A DNA stretch of 64,000 bases from Octopus vulgaris. Taxonomy: Eukaryota. The notes below the pieces were generated by a model. The model saw nothing but the letters and a program-made list of their open reading frames with translations. It had not been told where the DNA came from and made no database searches. Below are positions 1-13,410 of this stretch, piece by piece. The DNA lies in NCBI GenBank assembly GCA_951406725.2, contig OX597823.1:74586001-74650000 (forward strand). The letters are read 5' to 3'. A program made the position numbers and the translations under genes. Each line of letters starts with the position of its first letter. Within the stretch, counting starts at the first letter, position 1.

Positions 1-2
1 TG

Positions 3-5
<3 letters not shown>

Positions 6-67
<62 letters not shown>
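6..67. repeat. (GA)n microsatellite
   Basis: Direct reading. Confidence 0.98.
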
Positions 68-68
<1 letters not shown>

Positions 69-496
69 AAGGGGACGAGAAATAAAAAGTGAAATATAGC
101 TGCATATATAGATATTTGGGGTTTCCTACCTGGTAGATGTAAAACACAGAAGTCAAGGCGAATTCTGTGTTCCCTATTTTCCTGTTTGGTGAGTTATGAG
201 TGTTCATTGCGCTGACAGTTTTTCCTTTCTTCTTTCCGAACCAGCTTTTTTTTCGAATTTAAAGCATGTTCTTATAAAATGCGTATCATATCATAAAATT
301 CCATATTGATCTCTTTCAAAAGTGTGCTTCTTAGTGTTAGAATAACTCAGCTACCACACTCTTTAGGTTCCTGTTCTTAAAATCCTCGTTTCCGATGTTA
401 AAATGCTTATGTATGTTTGCCGATCCATTTACATAACGAATCAATGACTCTAAGCTTGTGCAATTGTGCGCATTTATGTTTCTAACTTTTTTCTCT

Positions 497-924
497 TCGA
501 TACTCTCTTTACTCTTTTACTTGTTTCAGTCGTTTGACTGCGGCCATGCTGGAGCACCACCTTTAGTCGAGCAAATCGACCCCGGGACTTATTCTTTGTA
601 AACCCAGTACTTATTCTATCGGTCTCTTTTTGCCGAACTGCTAAGTGACGGGGACGTAAACACACCAGCATCGGTTGTCAAGTGATAGTGGGGGGGGGGA
701 CAAACACAGACACACAAACATATACACACACTTACACATATATATATGTACACTTATATACGACAGGCTTCTTTCAGTTTCCGTCTACCAAATCCACTCA
801 CAAGGCATTGGTCGGCCCGAGGCTATAGCAGAAGACACTGCCCAAGATGCCACGCAGTGGGACTGAACCCGGAACCGTGTGGTTGGTAAGCAAGATACTT
901 ACCGCACAGCCACTCCTGCGCCTA
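497..924 (-). mobile_element. Full-length tRNA-derived SINE, family A (young copy)
   Basis: Minus strand starts taggcgcaggagtggctgtgcggtaag (A-box-like), then ggttcagtccc (B box), an internal TA/TG microsatellite and a (gagtaaaa)-type tail. Near-identical copy at 9711-10110; more diverged copy at 5093-5485. Confidence 0.93.
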
Positions 925-1339
925 ACTTAATTCATGCGCATTTTTCCAAAAATTACTGAAGAACTACTGCTTTTTTTTTTAAACATTATTTCATGTACAA
1001 CTGCTTCCGGCTCACCTTGCTTTTCAGGAATTATCAGAGAATTTCTAGTTTTGTGCATGATTGTATTAAATGCTCTTTCATGGATGTTTATACAATGTGT
1101 TTGTGGTGCCTGGTCAAAGGTAATTTCCTTTTCATTTCGTTTATTATTTCATAAGCTCTTATATATTTGCCTATTGCTAATTTATGTTTACGCACGTTTT
1201 ATCCCCTTATCTGATTATAAAACAGTCTTTAACACAAAGTTTTTTTTATCATTATTTGAATAAATACGATTTTACTTAGTGGTCATTTTTGTTAGTTTAA
1301 ACTTTGCTTCTTTTTTTCGATGAATCCATATTCAACAAT

Positions 1340-2115
1340 GTTCAAGGCATACACCATTGGGAAACGCACACTTCGATCTAGAAATCGTATTGAGGATAGT
1401 GTCTAAATGTGCATCACTATTGAAGTAAGTACATATAACAGCTTGAGATTTTGTAGAACTTAGTTGTTCTTCGAGGTAATCACAAAGGTAAAGCATGCTT
1501 GAAGAATATGTGACGAACGATCTGGATCCATATTAAAAACCCATATCTTTTTGTTCTTTGTGCAACATAAACGATCATTTCTGGGCCGTACCTGGATGTG
1601 ATGTAAAATTGGTTTCAAATTATAACTGAGCTTCAGCTTCAAAAAGGTTGGATGGACGTGAGCAACAAAGGATTTTCCGAAACCAAAGTTGCATAAAAAC
1701 TAATCTATAGACACTGATTGGTGATAGACTAGTGGAATTTACCATTTCTAGAACTCCGGTGAAGCTGTCACAATGGGAGAGTAATTAAAAATACATCAAT
1801 GACTTACGGTTTTCAGTCGAAAAGAACCGATTACTCTCTATAATAGCACATGATATATGTCTTCTAAGCAAAACACGGGGAACATAATTCTATCTCACCC
1901 AGGTTACTCACCAAACATCTTTCTAATTGCTTACAACTTTTGATGCATTTAGATAAATCCCGCCAGAGATAATCACCAAAAATCAAAAAGTACTTCAACA
2001 CCCTTTGAAATAATATCTTGGGTTCACAACTTCAAACTTGAGAAACGAAATAGGAAATATCTTGTTTGGAAACAAATATTTTCTCATTGTAGAGGTTGCT
2101 ATGTCGATGTATAAA
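1340..2115 (+). mobile_element. Decayed mariner transposase remnant
   Basis: Fragments translate to PKPKLHKN and LSHPGYSPNIFLIAYNF (cf. mariner LPHPPYSPDLSPTDYHF); many stops and frameshifts. Confidence 0.7.
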
Positions 2116-2129
2116 TGTGGTGGAATAGA

Positions 2130-2322
2130 AGAATCCTTAGCTTGCTGAAAAAAATGCTAAGCGGCATTTCTCCGTCTTCATGTTCATAGTTCCGACTCTG
2201 CCAAACTTGAATTTGCATTTCATCTATTCGGTGTCAATAAAATAATTACCAGTTAATCATTGAAGCTGATATAACCAACTACACATCCGCTACGTCAGGC
2301 CTTGTGCCTAAAGTAGAAAGCA
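2130..2322 (+). mobile_element. Degenerate SINE family B (Nin/Deu-type core)
   Basis: tttgcatttcatctattcggtgtcaataaaataattaccag core and ggccttgtgcctaaagtagaaa tail, shared with other family B copies. Confidence 0.75.
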
Positions 2323-3274
2323 TTCTTTCGATGTATACATGCATTTTGAGCTTATATTAAAAATATGCCCATATTTTTGTTCTCATTTAGCATCTTAGCG
2401 TTCTCTGTAGGTCATGTGCAAGTACACTCCATTCAACTTCTATTAAGAAAATCTCCTTGCACGGCAGGTTAGAAATAAAGGACATATCTGAAGAACGAGG
2501 AATTAATTTATCAATCGGTGATTTTAAACTTATCATATGAGAGAGTGTATGATGTATAAAATAAGTTTCTTCAAAATACCGATTTTTATTGGATTGTATA
2601 ATGTATGTTTGCAACATAGATTATATTAGCTGTCTATAGCTCTCAGCAATATATTAAATTACTTCAGCTCAAATTGCAAATTTCCAATGATGAAAACAAA
2701 TAGAGCAAAAGATTAAAAATTTCAGATACTTGATGCATCTTGCTCGGGGTTGTCAATCTTACTTTTATTAAAGTTAATTATTTCATAAATCTTTATATAC
2801 CACATCTCATAGTTTTGAATTAAATTCTTTCGAGCGCCTTCCCAAATTACAAAATAATTGAAAGTTACTCGCTTGAAAAACTAATATTGGTTCCCAAATA
2901 TTTTTATGTCCAGCAAACATTTTCTTACTCTTTTTAGATTTATTCTGTTCTAGTTTGCTTTCATTAATAAAATGAGAACAAATTACCAAATACATGAAGA
3001 CAACAATATTCTATTTCACAGGAGGTGAAAGAAAAAATCTTCGAATGGTACAAATATTAGAAAGAATTGGAATGTTTTTTCTTAATTATCCACAAAATAT
3101 ATTTCCCTGCTAGTCCCATGAAATATTATTTATTTTTTTTTTCTTTGACATTAGACATATTTTGACGAACTACGCTTTGATTCGAAAAACTTAGCAGGCA
3201 AGTCGTAATTCAGAATTTGGACTTTTTGTGCTAGATTTTAGTCAAACAAAATTCATTTATTAGCATTTAACATC

Positions 3275-4290
3275 TATCAGATCATCTCATAATTAATGTC
3301 TGAATATTGAAACGATGACTTCTTTCCATCTACATATAGGTTGTTTTTTAAAATTCCATTGGTGAAAGACACTTTTGCTTTGGATGCGAAGGAAGAAGGA
3401 GAGGTCCCTTTCGACCATTTTCGTGATTTTGATTACTAATTTGTCAAAATGATTCTGCAAGCTTTAAAACATATGGTAATGAGAAGGAGTGAAGTCCGGG
3501 GAATAAGATGCGTTCTTCGATTTTTCTGGAGTAATCATTACAGTGCGAGGCCTTGCATTATCATAATAAAACACCACACCCATACGATTCGCCAAAGTAA
3601 CATCCAAACGATTCCTCAAAGTAAAATCCAGACAACCAGTAATTGTTGCAATAGTTGGTAACAGCTCAAATTGGATGACTTTCATGTAATCCTGCCAAAA
3701 AGAAGAGAGAACCTTTTTTGCCTGAAAGGCCTTTACCTTTCAGTTTGTGGTTTAGCTTGTTCTCCGTTACTAAAAAACTGCCTGTGTCGATTAACATCTT
3801 CATAAAAGTTCAATTTTTCATCATCAGTCAGTCATCCAAAAATGGTGAGATACGTTCACGAGAGTGAAGAGACGAGCAGATGTGCACTCGTGATTTTCGG
3901 TTGGCTTCTGTCATCAAATGGGGAACCAATTTTCTGTGTTTGGGCACGTTTCCAAGCTACTGGTGATGGCGGTGAACAGTGGAATGGCTTCAATTGGACT
4001 TATTTGCCAATTCTTTAACTGACGCAGCACTATCCTTGCTCATCATGAAATTCAACAGGGCTCCCAATTCGTGGCTTTTCTCTTGGGCTGTTGAACTTTG
4101 CAAGCCACCTTCTACAAATATTTTCACTCAAGCATTCTTGCCCATAAACAACTTGCTTCAAGTGCAGTGTTTCCCTATTTCAACTCATATGCGTCTTAAA
4201 TGCTCCTTCCGTATACCCATCCTTCTTGGGGTTAATAGTAATTAGTTCAGTCAGATTATTCTATAAAAAGAAATTAAGTTCAAGGGTTCC
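3275..4290 (-). mobile_element. Decayed mariner element
   Basis: LVPHLMTEANR (WVPHEL motif), TDDEK (TGDEKW), ANRMGVVFYYDNARPRT and YSPDFTPSHYHMF (YSPDLAPSDYHLF). Confidence 0.88.
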
Positions 4291-4302
4291 AAGTTCATAT
4301 GA

Positions 4303-4303
<1 letters not shown>

Positions 4304-4387
<84 letters not shown>
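4304..4387. repeat. (TA)n(TG)n compound microsatellite
   Basis: Direct reading. Confidence 0.97.
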
Positions 4388-4388
<1 letters not shown>

Positions 4389-5092
4389 TACTTCTCCCGT
4401 TATTTATGGGATGACCCGATATTTTCAGACTTTCCTAAACTGTATTTTCTTTATTCTGTCTCTCAATGCTCATTAACTGGAGATTACACCCTACAGAAAT
4501 TAAACTAATTACTTAATTTCCGAAATATATGCATTATAGTAACAATCAGGTCACAATGACGTTATTGCAAATCATATAATTTTAATGAGATATTGCAGTT
4601 GTGACTGTACTACAGACAGTATTGCATGAAAACTTGCATTTCTCACAAAAGTACGTAAGAGATTTTCCTTTATAAAAACTATTTTCTCATATAAAGTAAA
4701 TCTATGCTTGCAAATTCGTGACAGTGAAACCCAAACAAACTATCGTCATGAATATGTATCAACGCTTTATGCGTCTTTTATTGGAGTAAGCCATAATGTA
4801 TCGAAATATTGTCCATATGAATTTGTAATTGCATCGATACACGTAGCTGACAGTATGTTGATATGCGAATGGTTATTTACGTATCTACCTTACAGCAAAT
4901 ATCAATATATATGTAAAACATACAAAACTTTAAATTTGCATCATTCTGTAAGGCAGGAAAACATTTATACAATCACCGACACTCGTTAATTTACATAGAT
5001 GCATACATGCAATAATGGTACATGTTCACCGATCCCCCTGTTTTCGTTGTTGTGTTTCTCTTTTACTAATATTTTCATGTCACTGTGAGGCA

Positions 5093-5485
5093 ATTAGATT
5101 CCCTACCAACCACATGGTACTGGGTTCAGTCCCACTGCGTGGCATCTTGGGCAAGTATATTCTACTATAGCGTCGGGCCGACCAAGGCCTTGTGAGTGGA
5201 CTAGTTAGACAGAAACTGAAAGAAGCCCGTCGTGTATATATGTATATATATATGTGTGTGTATGTGTGCTTGCGTGCGTCTGTGTGTCTGTGTTTGTCCC
5301 GCCCCCCATCATCACTTGACAATCGATGTTGATGTGCTCACGTCCCCGTGACTTAGCGGTTCGGCGATATAATCCGATAGACTCAGTACTAGGCTTACAA
5401 AGATTAAGTCCTGCGGTCGATGTGTTCGGCTAAAGGCGGTGCTCTAGCTTGGCCGCAGTCCACTGACTGCAACGAATAAAAAAAA
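5093..5485 (+). mobile_element. SINE family A, 5'-truncated
   Basis: ccaaccacatggtactgggttcagtcccactgcgtggcatcttgggcaag...ggccgcagtc, colinear with 9711-10110. Confidence 0.9.
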
Positions 5486-5559
5486 TACATACACACACAT
5501 ATATACACACGCACGCTGACTGACACACACAGATATAGACATATATATATATATATGTA

Positions 5560-6550
5560 TTGAAGGAAATAGGGAAATACAAATGATACGTAAATTTATT
5601 AACATTATAATATAATTATACTATAGAAAGATATAATGCTATAATGTAATATAATATAACAGTTAAATTAAACAAATGTATATTTTACAATATGTTTCGA
5701 TTCATTTCCACATTTATATACATTTATGTATATAGATCTCGTCAGGGTAATATTTGTCTAAAAAATAGACAAATATTTTATGCAAGGACTGCTAAATCAT
5801 AAAATTGACTGATTTAAAATATAGCTATATTTACATGCCTGAACGTTAATAATTTTTAAATATGATAAATATTAAAATTTCAAATAGGTAACATACATTA
5901 AATAAGTAAAACAATTACAACGGTATAAAATGGATTATGAATCTTTAATAATAGTAATCTAAAGATATTTTAATCTGAAATTATCACAGCCCATATTTAT
6001 TATATAAAATCAATATAATAGAATCTATTATAATATTTTAAGAACTTAAGGCGGAGTAGGAAATATATTTTTAATTTCTATATGCTATTATGTAAAAACG
6101 AATAAGTATATATTTGATTCGCATACGAAATTCCTTAGAAAAAAATTAATCAATGATACATTAATTCAAAACTTTTTTCTAAATTCGCCGATGTTAAACA
6201 TATGTATAAAGTTACGGTTATAATAAACTATATATCATTTCTTACATAAAAATGATAATATATAAATGAATTATTAAAAATTAACTTATTTTTACAGAAG
6301 AAAACAAATTAGAGTAAGCCATTAGTATTATGTTTCCATAATTTTTATGTGCATATAAGTTCGAAAGAACAGAATATAATGATATATACTAAATATTATA
6401 GGCTTTACAAGAACTATTCATATAGGCATAAATATTCAAAATATATACAAGCATATTTAAGAATCATATTTATCTATGCGTCGTAATGTAAACATTATTC
6501 TTAATAATGAACACGTGAAAAGCACAAATTTAATTAGTTTATCAGAGGTA
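5560..6550. mobile_element. Very AT-rich segment between TA runs; probable Penelope-like remnant carrying a hammerhead-like motif
   Basis: Flanked by (TA)n; CUGACGA...GAAAC motif on the minus strand; only weak protein similarity by eye. Confidence 0.35.
5682..5753 (-). ncRNA. Degenerate minimal hammerhead ribozyme-like motif
   Basis: Minus strand: ttacc-CTGACGA-gat[tatatacat aa atgtatata hairpin...]atc-GAAAC-atatt-GTA. Both core boxes intact; stem I poor. Confidence 0.45.
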
Positions 6551-6551
6551 A

Positions 6552-6662
<111 letters not shown>

Positions 6663-7908
6663 TATGTGTATATGTGTATGTATATCTGTATATATATATA
6701 TATATAAATACATACACCCATATACATAGTATGAAACTTCGGAATTTTGTAAAATAACCTCCCTCGCTTTCCGATTTGTGTTTCGCTCTTCCCCTCTCTT
6801 TCACTCTCTCTATCTTTTTATCTCTGTATGTCACTGTCTCACTTTGTCTCTCTCACTCTTTCTCTCTTTTATAAGTATACATATATATACTAATACACAC
6901 ATAAATAGGCACATCTATTTATATGCACCTGCCTATAAATACAGACACATATATTCATATAAAAGATAAATGCGCACACAATCAAAATACAATACACGCA
7001 GAATGCACAGACAAAAAATACACTACATGCACAATGCACAGATGTTATGTATATTCCTGGTAACATATAAAAACATACATGCATATACTCATGCAAGCAA
7101 ATATATACAAATACACGGACTTATACATCGATATATATGCGTTCATATGCATATAAAACTCATACATCCAAGCATACATATAAATGTGTATAGTTATACA
7201 CATAGTCCCATGTAAATATATCCGCACATACATTCTTATAAATTTACGCACACACCAACACAAGCATATACCAACGCATACACAAAAGAAATACATATAA
7301 ATGTAAACACCGATAAATTCTAAGTAGGTTCCCTTCTACAAGACATACACACTTTAATCCCTAAAATCCCGCACATATTGTGTGTATATATAATAGCTGT
7401 AACCATATAAGCGTGGTTGCCAATGTTACTTAACGGCGGAGAAATAAAGTAAAAGGAAAAATGAAAAATAACCGTCAATATAATCGTACAATTGTAGATA
7501 CATATAATATAATCTGTACATAATCGACACAGTTCTGTTTACAAACGAGAGTATTCGTTTTGAAGTAAACAGGGAAGATATAACTTGCGTATCCTGGTAG
7601 AAAGGCACATATATACCAAGTGTATGGCTGCAGAGACATAAATGACTGATATCATTATTCATTATTGAAGATAAAAAAACATGGAAAAATAAGTAGTTAA
7701 AGAAACCGTAAATAATCGCACAAATTAAACCTAATTTTCATACTGTGCGTAAGCAGATTAGATAGTATTATATAGGAAAGTTATCTTCATAAAATCCTGC
7801 AATCTAATAATAATCTGATTAAAACTATTTATGAAAAAATATCCAGCAGTTCATTACGGCAACGGCCTTGGTGTTGCTCTATATGTGTCTGACGTCGTCT
7901 CCACTAAC

Positions 7909-8800
7909 CGAAGGGGTACCCAAAATACACTTTGCAATAATATTTTATTCTCTTAGTTTTACATGTTTACACTGTTATCCCCTTCAAAGTATTCTCCATT
8001 TGAAGCAGTGTATCGGTCCAGACGCGTTTTCATCTATTCGAAGCAGTGTTAGGACTCTTTCGAACTGATGCCTTTTAGCGACACCGCCGTTTATTTCTTT
8101 ACACTTCCACATCAGCTTATTCCGTAGCGCCAGCTTTCGTCACCAGAGATAACCTCCGAAAAAAATGTCCGGGTCAACTTCTAAATCCTCTTTCAGTTCA
8201 CGACGTGCATTCAGCCGTGACTGATTTTGATCTTCTGTGAGCAAGCGAGGCACACATTTTGCTGTAACTCTTTTCATTCGCAATTCCTCACTCAAAATTC
8301 GTTGAATAGAGCTCTGGGACGCCGCACACATATCAAAACAAAAAATTTGTCAGTTACTCTGTTATGTTCCTCCAAGATCAGTTAATGAATTTTCCTGATG
8401 TTATCATTAGTTCTGTCGACGGTCTTCCTGGACGAGATTGGTCTTCAAGTCACAAGTGACCGTTCCTAACACGTCAAAACCACTAGTAAACATGTTTTGT
8501 TTATGACAGCATCCTTGTAAGCTCTTTGAAGCATAACAACTATTTCGGCTGCACTTTTTCCCGACACTAAACAGAATTTCATAGAAGCACGTTTCTTCCT
8601 TTCAGACGTCGCAAAAATCGACGAACAAGGGAGAAGCATTACAAAGGAAAGACGTACCAAGTGATAGTACGACTTAGCCCGACGACGCCAGATGGTAGAC
8701 TGATGCATAACGGTCGCTTCAAGTCTACAGCGGTAGAAGCCTGAACTACAGCAGGTTTGTGGCACAGAGAACGTTTCGTTTACTTTTGCGTACCCCTTCG
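7909..8800 (-). mobile_element. Internally deleted non-autonomous mariner with TIRs (892 bp)
   Basis: TIRs cgaaggggtacccaaaa (7909-7925) and ttttgcgtaccccttcg (8784-8800), followed by TA. Encodes N-terminal HTH (MKFCLVSGKSAAEIVVML), KCVPRLLT and GDESWRYG joined directly to the C-terminal WKTRLDRYTASNGEYFEGD. Confidence 0.88.
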
Positions 8801-9710
8801 TATTATATAGCACGTCTAACTATTGACGAAGGTTCTCTACATAATTGTTGAATTCTACATTCTACACGTCGAACCGAACTATTGTAAGCCACATTTTTAA
8901 TAAGACGCTTAATTTCTAACGTATATACAACCGATCATTTACAATTACCCATACACAAATTCCTCGCCGAAACGCAGTTCCGAGGGCTAGTGCTGTTGTG
9001 TCTACGATTGGTTTCATTATTACTATGTAATTTTGTCCCGCGGGTATTTGTTCTATCTGTTGTTTTGATTAAATGACTCTTAATATTTCTGCTAAATAAT
9101 ACAAAAGGGAGTTGATTGGATGGAAACATTTGATATATTTCATCTATTTGCATGTAGTTGAAACACTCATAATTCGATATCATGATTGACATACTACTGT
9201 ATTAAAATTGGATATTTAGTGCTACCCTGCTATGTTCGAACGTGATGATGAAAGCAGACGAAAGACTACCCAGGAAAACTCTGCTTCCAATACTACAACG
9301 TTTCTGTTACCTCTTGAGTCGTGCAAACAACAATAGATTTGTTATTGCTCCTACATATGATATAAACTATGTACTTTCTAAGGCTAATGAGAAAAAGAGG
9401 ACGCACTATTTCAATATCTTAGAAAAACATAATTGCCCAACAGCTTAAAAAAAAATGTCCAACCTACGATTTTGTTTTGTTGAAGTCAGAAGAAATATTC
9501 ATTAGGCAGAATGTACATAAGCATAAAAAAAGTATAGGGTCACCCATTTACGTCACACATATGATGCTTTCTAAATGCTAATAGTAACCTTGTCCTAAAT
9601 GATTTACAGATATAAAATGGACTTTCACAAATATCTTTATATAAACAGCGACATTTAAGTGCATGCACACTGTTGGACACACACACACACATATGTATAT
9701 ATATATATAT

Positions 9711-10110
9711 ATTGGCTGTGTGGTAAGTAGCTTGCTAACCAACCACATGGTTCTGGGTTCAGTCCCACTGCGTGGCATCTTGGGCAAGTGTCTTCTGCTA
9801 TAGCCCCGGGCCGACCAATGCCTTGTGAGTGGATTTGGTAGACGGAAACTGAAAGAAGCCTGTCGTATATATGTATATATATATATGTGTGTGTTTGTGT
9901 GTCTGTGTTTGTCCCCCTAGCATCGCTTGACAACCGTCTGGTGTGTTTACGTCCCCGTCACTTAGCGGTTCGGCAAAAAAGAGACCGATAGAATAAGTAC
10001 TGGGCTTATAAAGAATAAGTCCCGGGGTCGAGTTGCTCGATTAAAGGCGGTGCTCCAGCATGGCCGCAGTCAAATGACTGAAACAAGTAAAAGAGTAAAA
10101 GAGTAAAGAG
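9711..10110 (+). mobile_element. Near full-length SINE family A (young copy)
   Basis: tggctgtgtggtaag A box, ggttcagtccc B box, gagtaaaagagtaaagag tail; reverse complement of 497-924. Confidence 0.93.
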
Positions 10111-12059
10111 TATATATGACATTCATACACACATACACACAAAGATGTATGTGAATGTTACCGAATGGTAAAACTTGTTAGAACATTAGATAGAATATCA
10201 TGTGTTGTATAGTCGAGTTAGTATTCCAGTGTATCACTGTAAACTTCGTGTATTCTTATGCTGTATATACATTACCAGCGAAGTAGTTGTGCCTTTCTTT
10301 TTGTTTCTCACCATTTTCGTCCCTGCAACAGCTGGCCTTGCTCTGCTTCTAGGAAGTTGCCTGATACCACACAAAACCTGTAGTGATGTCAGAAAATATA
10401 TAAGAAGCTAGTCACATAATCTTCTTCCACATTGTAAATAATTTATAAACCCTATGTATATTTTCTTTTATACACTGTATGCATACGCCTTTGCTCAAGT
10501 TCTTCCGTATGTTGATTGATTTCAACATCACCTATTACATTTTGGGATAGGTTAGCCCTTATACTTTGGTAAATTTTAATTCTTTTATGGAATCGAATTA
10601 CTGCATAGATTCAAAGGGGTTTTGTATTTTTGTGTTTTTACTAATGATTAATTAATATCACATTTTATCTAATCGATGAACGTTCGTAGGGTATCAAAAT
10701 ATAATTGCGGTATTTCATATATTTTAAATGGTTACAATAGAAAAAATATTCCCTAATAACACTTTGTCGTTGTTCTTTTCCTTCATGCAGTATACTCTTA
10801 TCATCAAAATGAAATAAATTTTTAAGTCAAGACTTACAAGGATATCTTATCTCCAGTTGTATCATTATATACGGATTTTATTTTTGCTTTTATCGGAAAT
10901 CATTGATTTTCTCAGTGAATGACTTTCTTAATCTCAATAACCACACAATTCACCTCTTTTCATTTCTCTTCTGCCTACTCAATTCCTCACTATATTAATG
11001 CAATTGATTTTATTCAAAAGTGTAAGTTCAATCTTATTGATTTCAATAGGGATGCCAAATATTTTCGATTAACACTAGATTTTGTTTCTTTCTTTGAATG
11101 TTTCGTTATTTCTTTCAGTTGCTCATTTATCTCTCATAGTTTGAGGGCAAAACGTGAAAGATAAATGAGTCAAAATCTTGAAATCACATTGTATTTATAA
11201 ACTGAAACATGATTCGATATGCGATTGCTTACAGCAGCGACAACAGAAGTGAAATGATAATAAGATTAGATACGAGAACATTTATGGAAGTTCATGCTAA
11301 GAATAAGAAGTATCTAATTCATGTGTGTTTTGACAAAACTATCTCGATGTCTACGTAACATATTTGTCTGCAACGGTATATCGGCTGATTGATCTTCGAA
11401 TCGGAATACCAAAAGGTCATAAGGGAGAGATGTCAGTTTTACAAATAAACTTTACAAGAAATGTCTTCAGTAATTTAGGTAAATGAATAAACGACTGATG
11501 GACGCCCAACAGTCTTCAGTTCATATTCAGAAACACATTCAGATTCCAAATTCCACACAATTATGCATATGAACAAAACTTTTCCTTTACTACAAAATTC
11601 TATGAATTATAGGTATCTACAACATATATTCTCAGCTCCATTATATCATTCTATAAAGGATATCCACAGTATCTTTACCAGAACACATATTTTCTCGCAA
11701 ATTTCAAATTCTTGTTTATCATTATAATCATAGCCGAGTACATTTGAAAACACTTTGGGGTATACACTAACATAATGAATCAATTTAGGAAGAAGGAAAC
11801 TGTAGAGAATCACGTCGCATGGGTTATAAGTGTAAGCTAAATGCCCAACCTTGTTGCACTGAGTTGCAATTACAAAATCGTGAGAAGGATATGTGCCTGA
11901 GCATATTCAGCCACTTTATACACAACCATATTTTGACACTCGTCCACTTGATTCAAAAGCCGAACATTTCAACATAAAAACCGATGTCGGAGAACATCGT
12001 ATATGAGCATACAAATCGCTGAAATACAGTCGCGCTCACGCATACACACCCGCAATATC

Positions 12060-12180
<121 letters not shown>

Positions 12181-12284
12181 TGTAGGTACGTACGTACGTA
12201 CCTACGTATCTACCTATTTGCCTATATATCTATATTATTATGCATCGCTTGTCACAATTGCGCTTTGCTTCACTTTAGCTTTGA

Positions 12285-12482
12285 AATGATGCCACCTTGC
12301 CGGCTAGGCGAACATGCTATCATTTTGCCCTGATCGGAAGCTAGTCCGTCACAGTGTTGCCCATTTACATCTACGTGAACAAGGGCAACCAGAAATGAAA
12401 TGTATTTTGCTTAAGAATACGACACGCTGTTCGGTTTCCGATCACGCGATCGTGAGTGGAGCAGGCTAAACACTAGGTTGCG
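12285..12482 (-). mobile_element. Degenerate SINE-like fragment (family C)
   Basis: gcaaccagaaatgaaatgtattttgcttaagaatacgacac resembles gtaacgtgagatggagccttttgctcagagcacaaagc at about 50330-50375. Confidence 0.45.
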
Positions 12483-12541
12483 TAGCATATCATTACACAC
12501 GCACACTCACATACACGCGCGCACACACATAAACAAATGTT

Positions 12542-12547
<6 letters not shown>

Positions 12548-12614
<67 letters not shown>
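12548..12614. repeat. (TA)n microsatellite
   Basis: Direct reading. Confidence 0.96.
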
Positions 12615-12804
12615 GCACATATCTAAATATTAATGTTTGTTTTTAAGTTTAGAAATGAAAAAAAAAATTACACTAATCTGATGGGTTACTCTATACTTTT
12701 TTTAGAGTACAAATCTATTCTTCTTAAAAGAGAATGATGTTGACAGTGACTTCGAATTTTCAGTCAGATAAGTCATCATGTTGATTAAGAGTAATAATCT
12801 TTTG

Positions 12805-13227
12805 TACTCAAGGTACAAGTCATGAAATTTGGGGGAGGGTGATAGTCGATTATATCAACCCCAGTACAACATTGGTACTTAAATCATCGACTCCGAAAAG
12901 GTAAAATGCTAAGTCGACCCCGGCGGAATTTGATATCAAAAAGTAGCGATCTGTGAAATACTGCTAAATATTTCGTCCAATATGCTAATAATTCTTATTT
13001 CTTTATTGCCCAGAAGGGGCTAAACACAGAGGGGACAAACAAGGACAGACAAACTGATTAAGTCGATTAGAACGACCTCAGTGCGTAACTGGTACTTAAT
13101 TTATCGACGCCGAAAGTATTTAAGGCAAAGTCGACCTCGGCGGAATTTGAACTCAGAACGTAACGGTAGACAAAATACCGCTAGGCATTTAGAATATTAG
13201 AGTGCTAACAATTCTGCCAGTTCATCA
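12805..13227 (-). mobile_element. SINE family B head-to-tail dimer
   Basis: Two Nin/Deu-type cores (gtcgataaattaagtaccag and gtcgatgatttaagtaccaa); junction near 12993. Confidence 0.85.
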
Positions 13228-13287
13228 ATGATAATAATGATAGTAACGAGAACAACAATAACAAAGACAACAACAATATCATTAATA

Positions 13288-13292
<5 letters not shown>

Positions 13293-13360
<68 letters not shown>

Positions 13361-13368
13361 TAATAATG

Positions 13369-13410
<42 letters not shown>
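13293..13410. repeat. (AAT)n microsatellite
   Basis: Direct reading. Confidence 0.97.
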
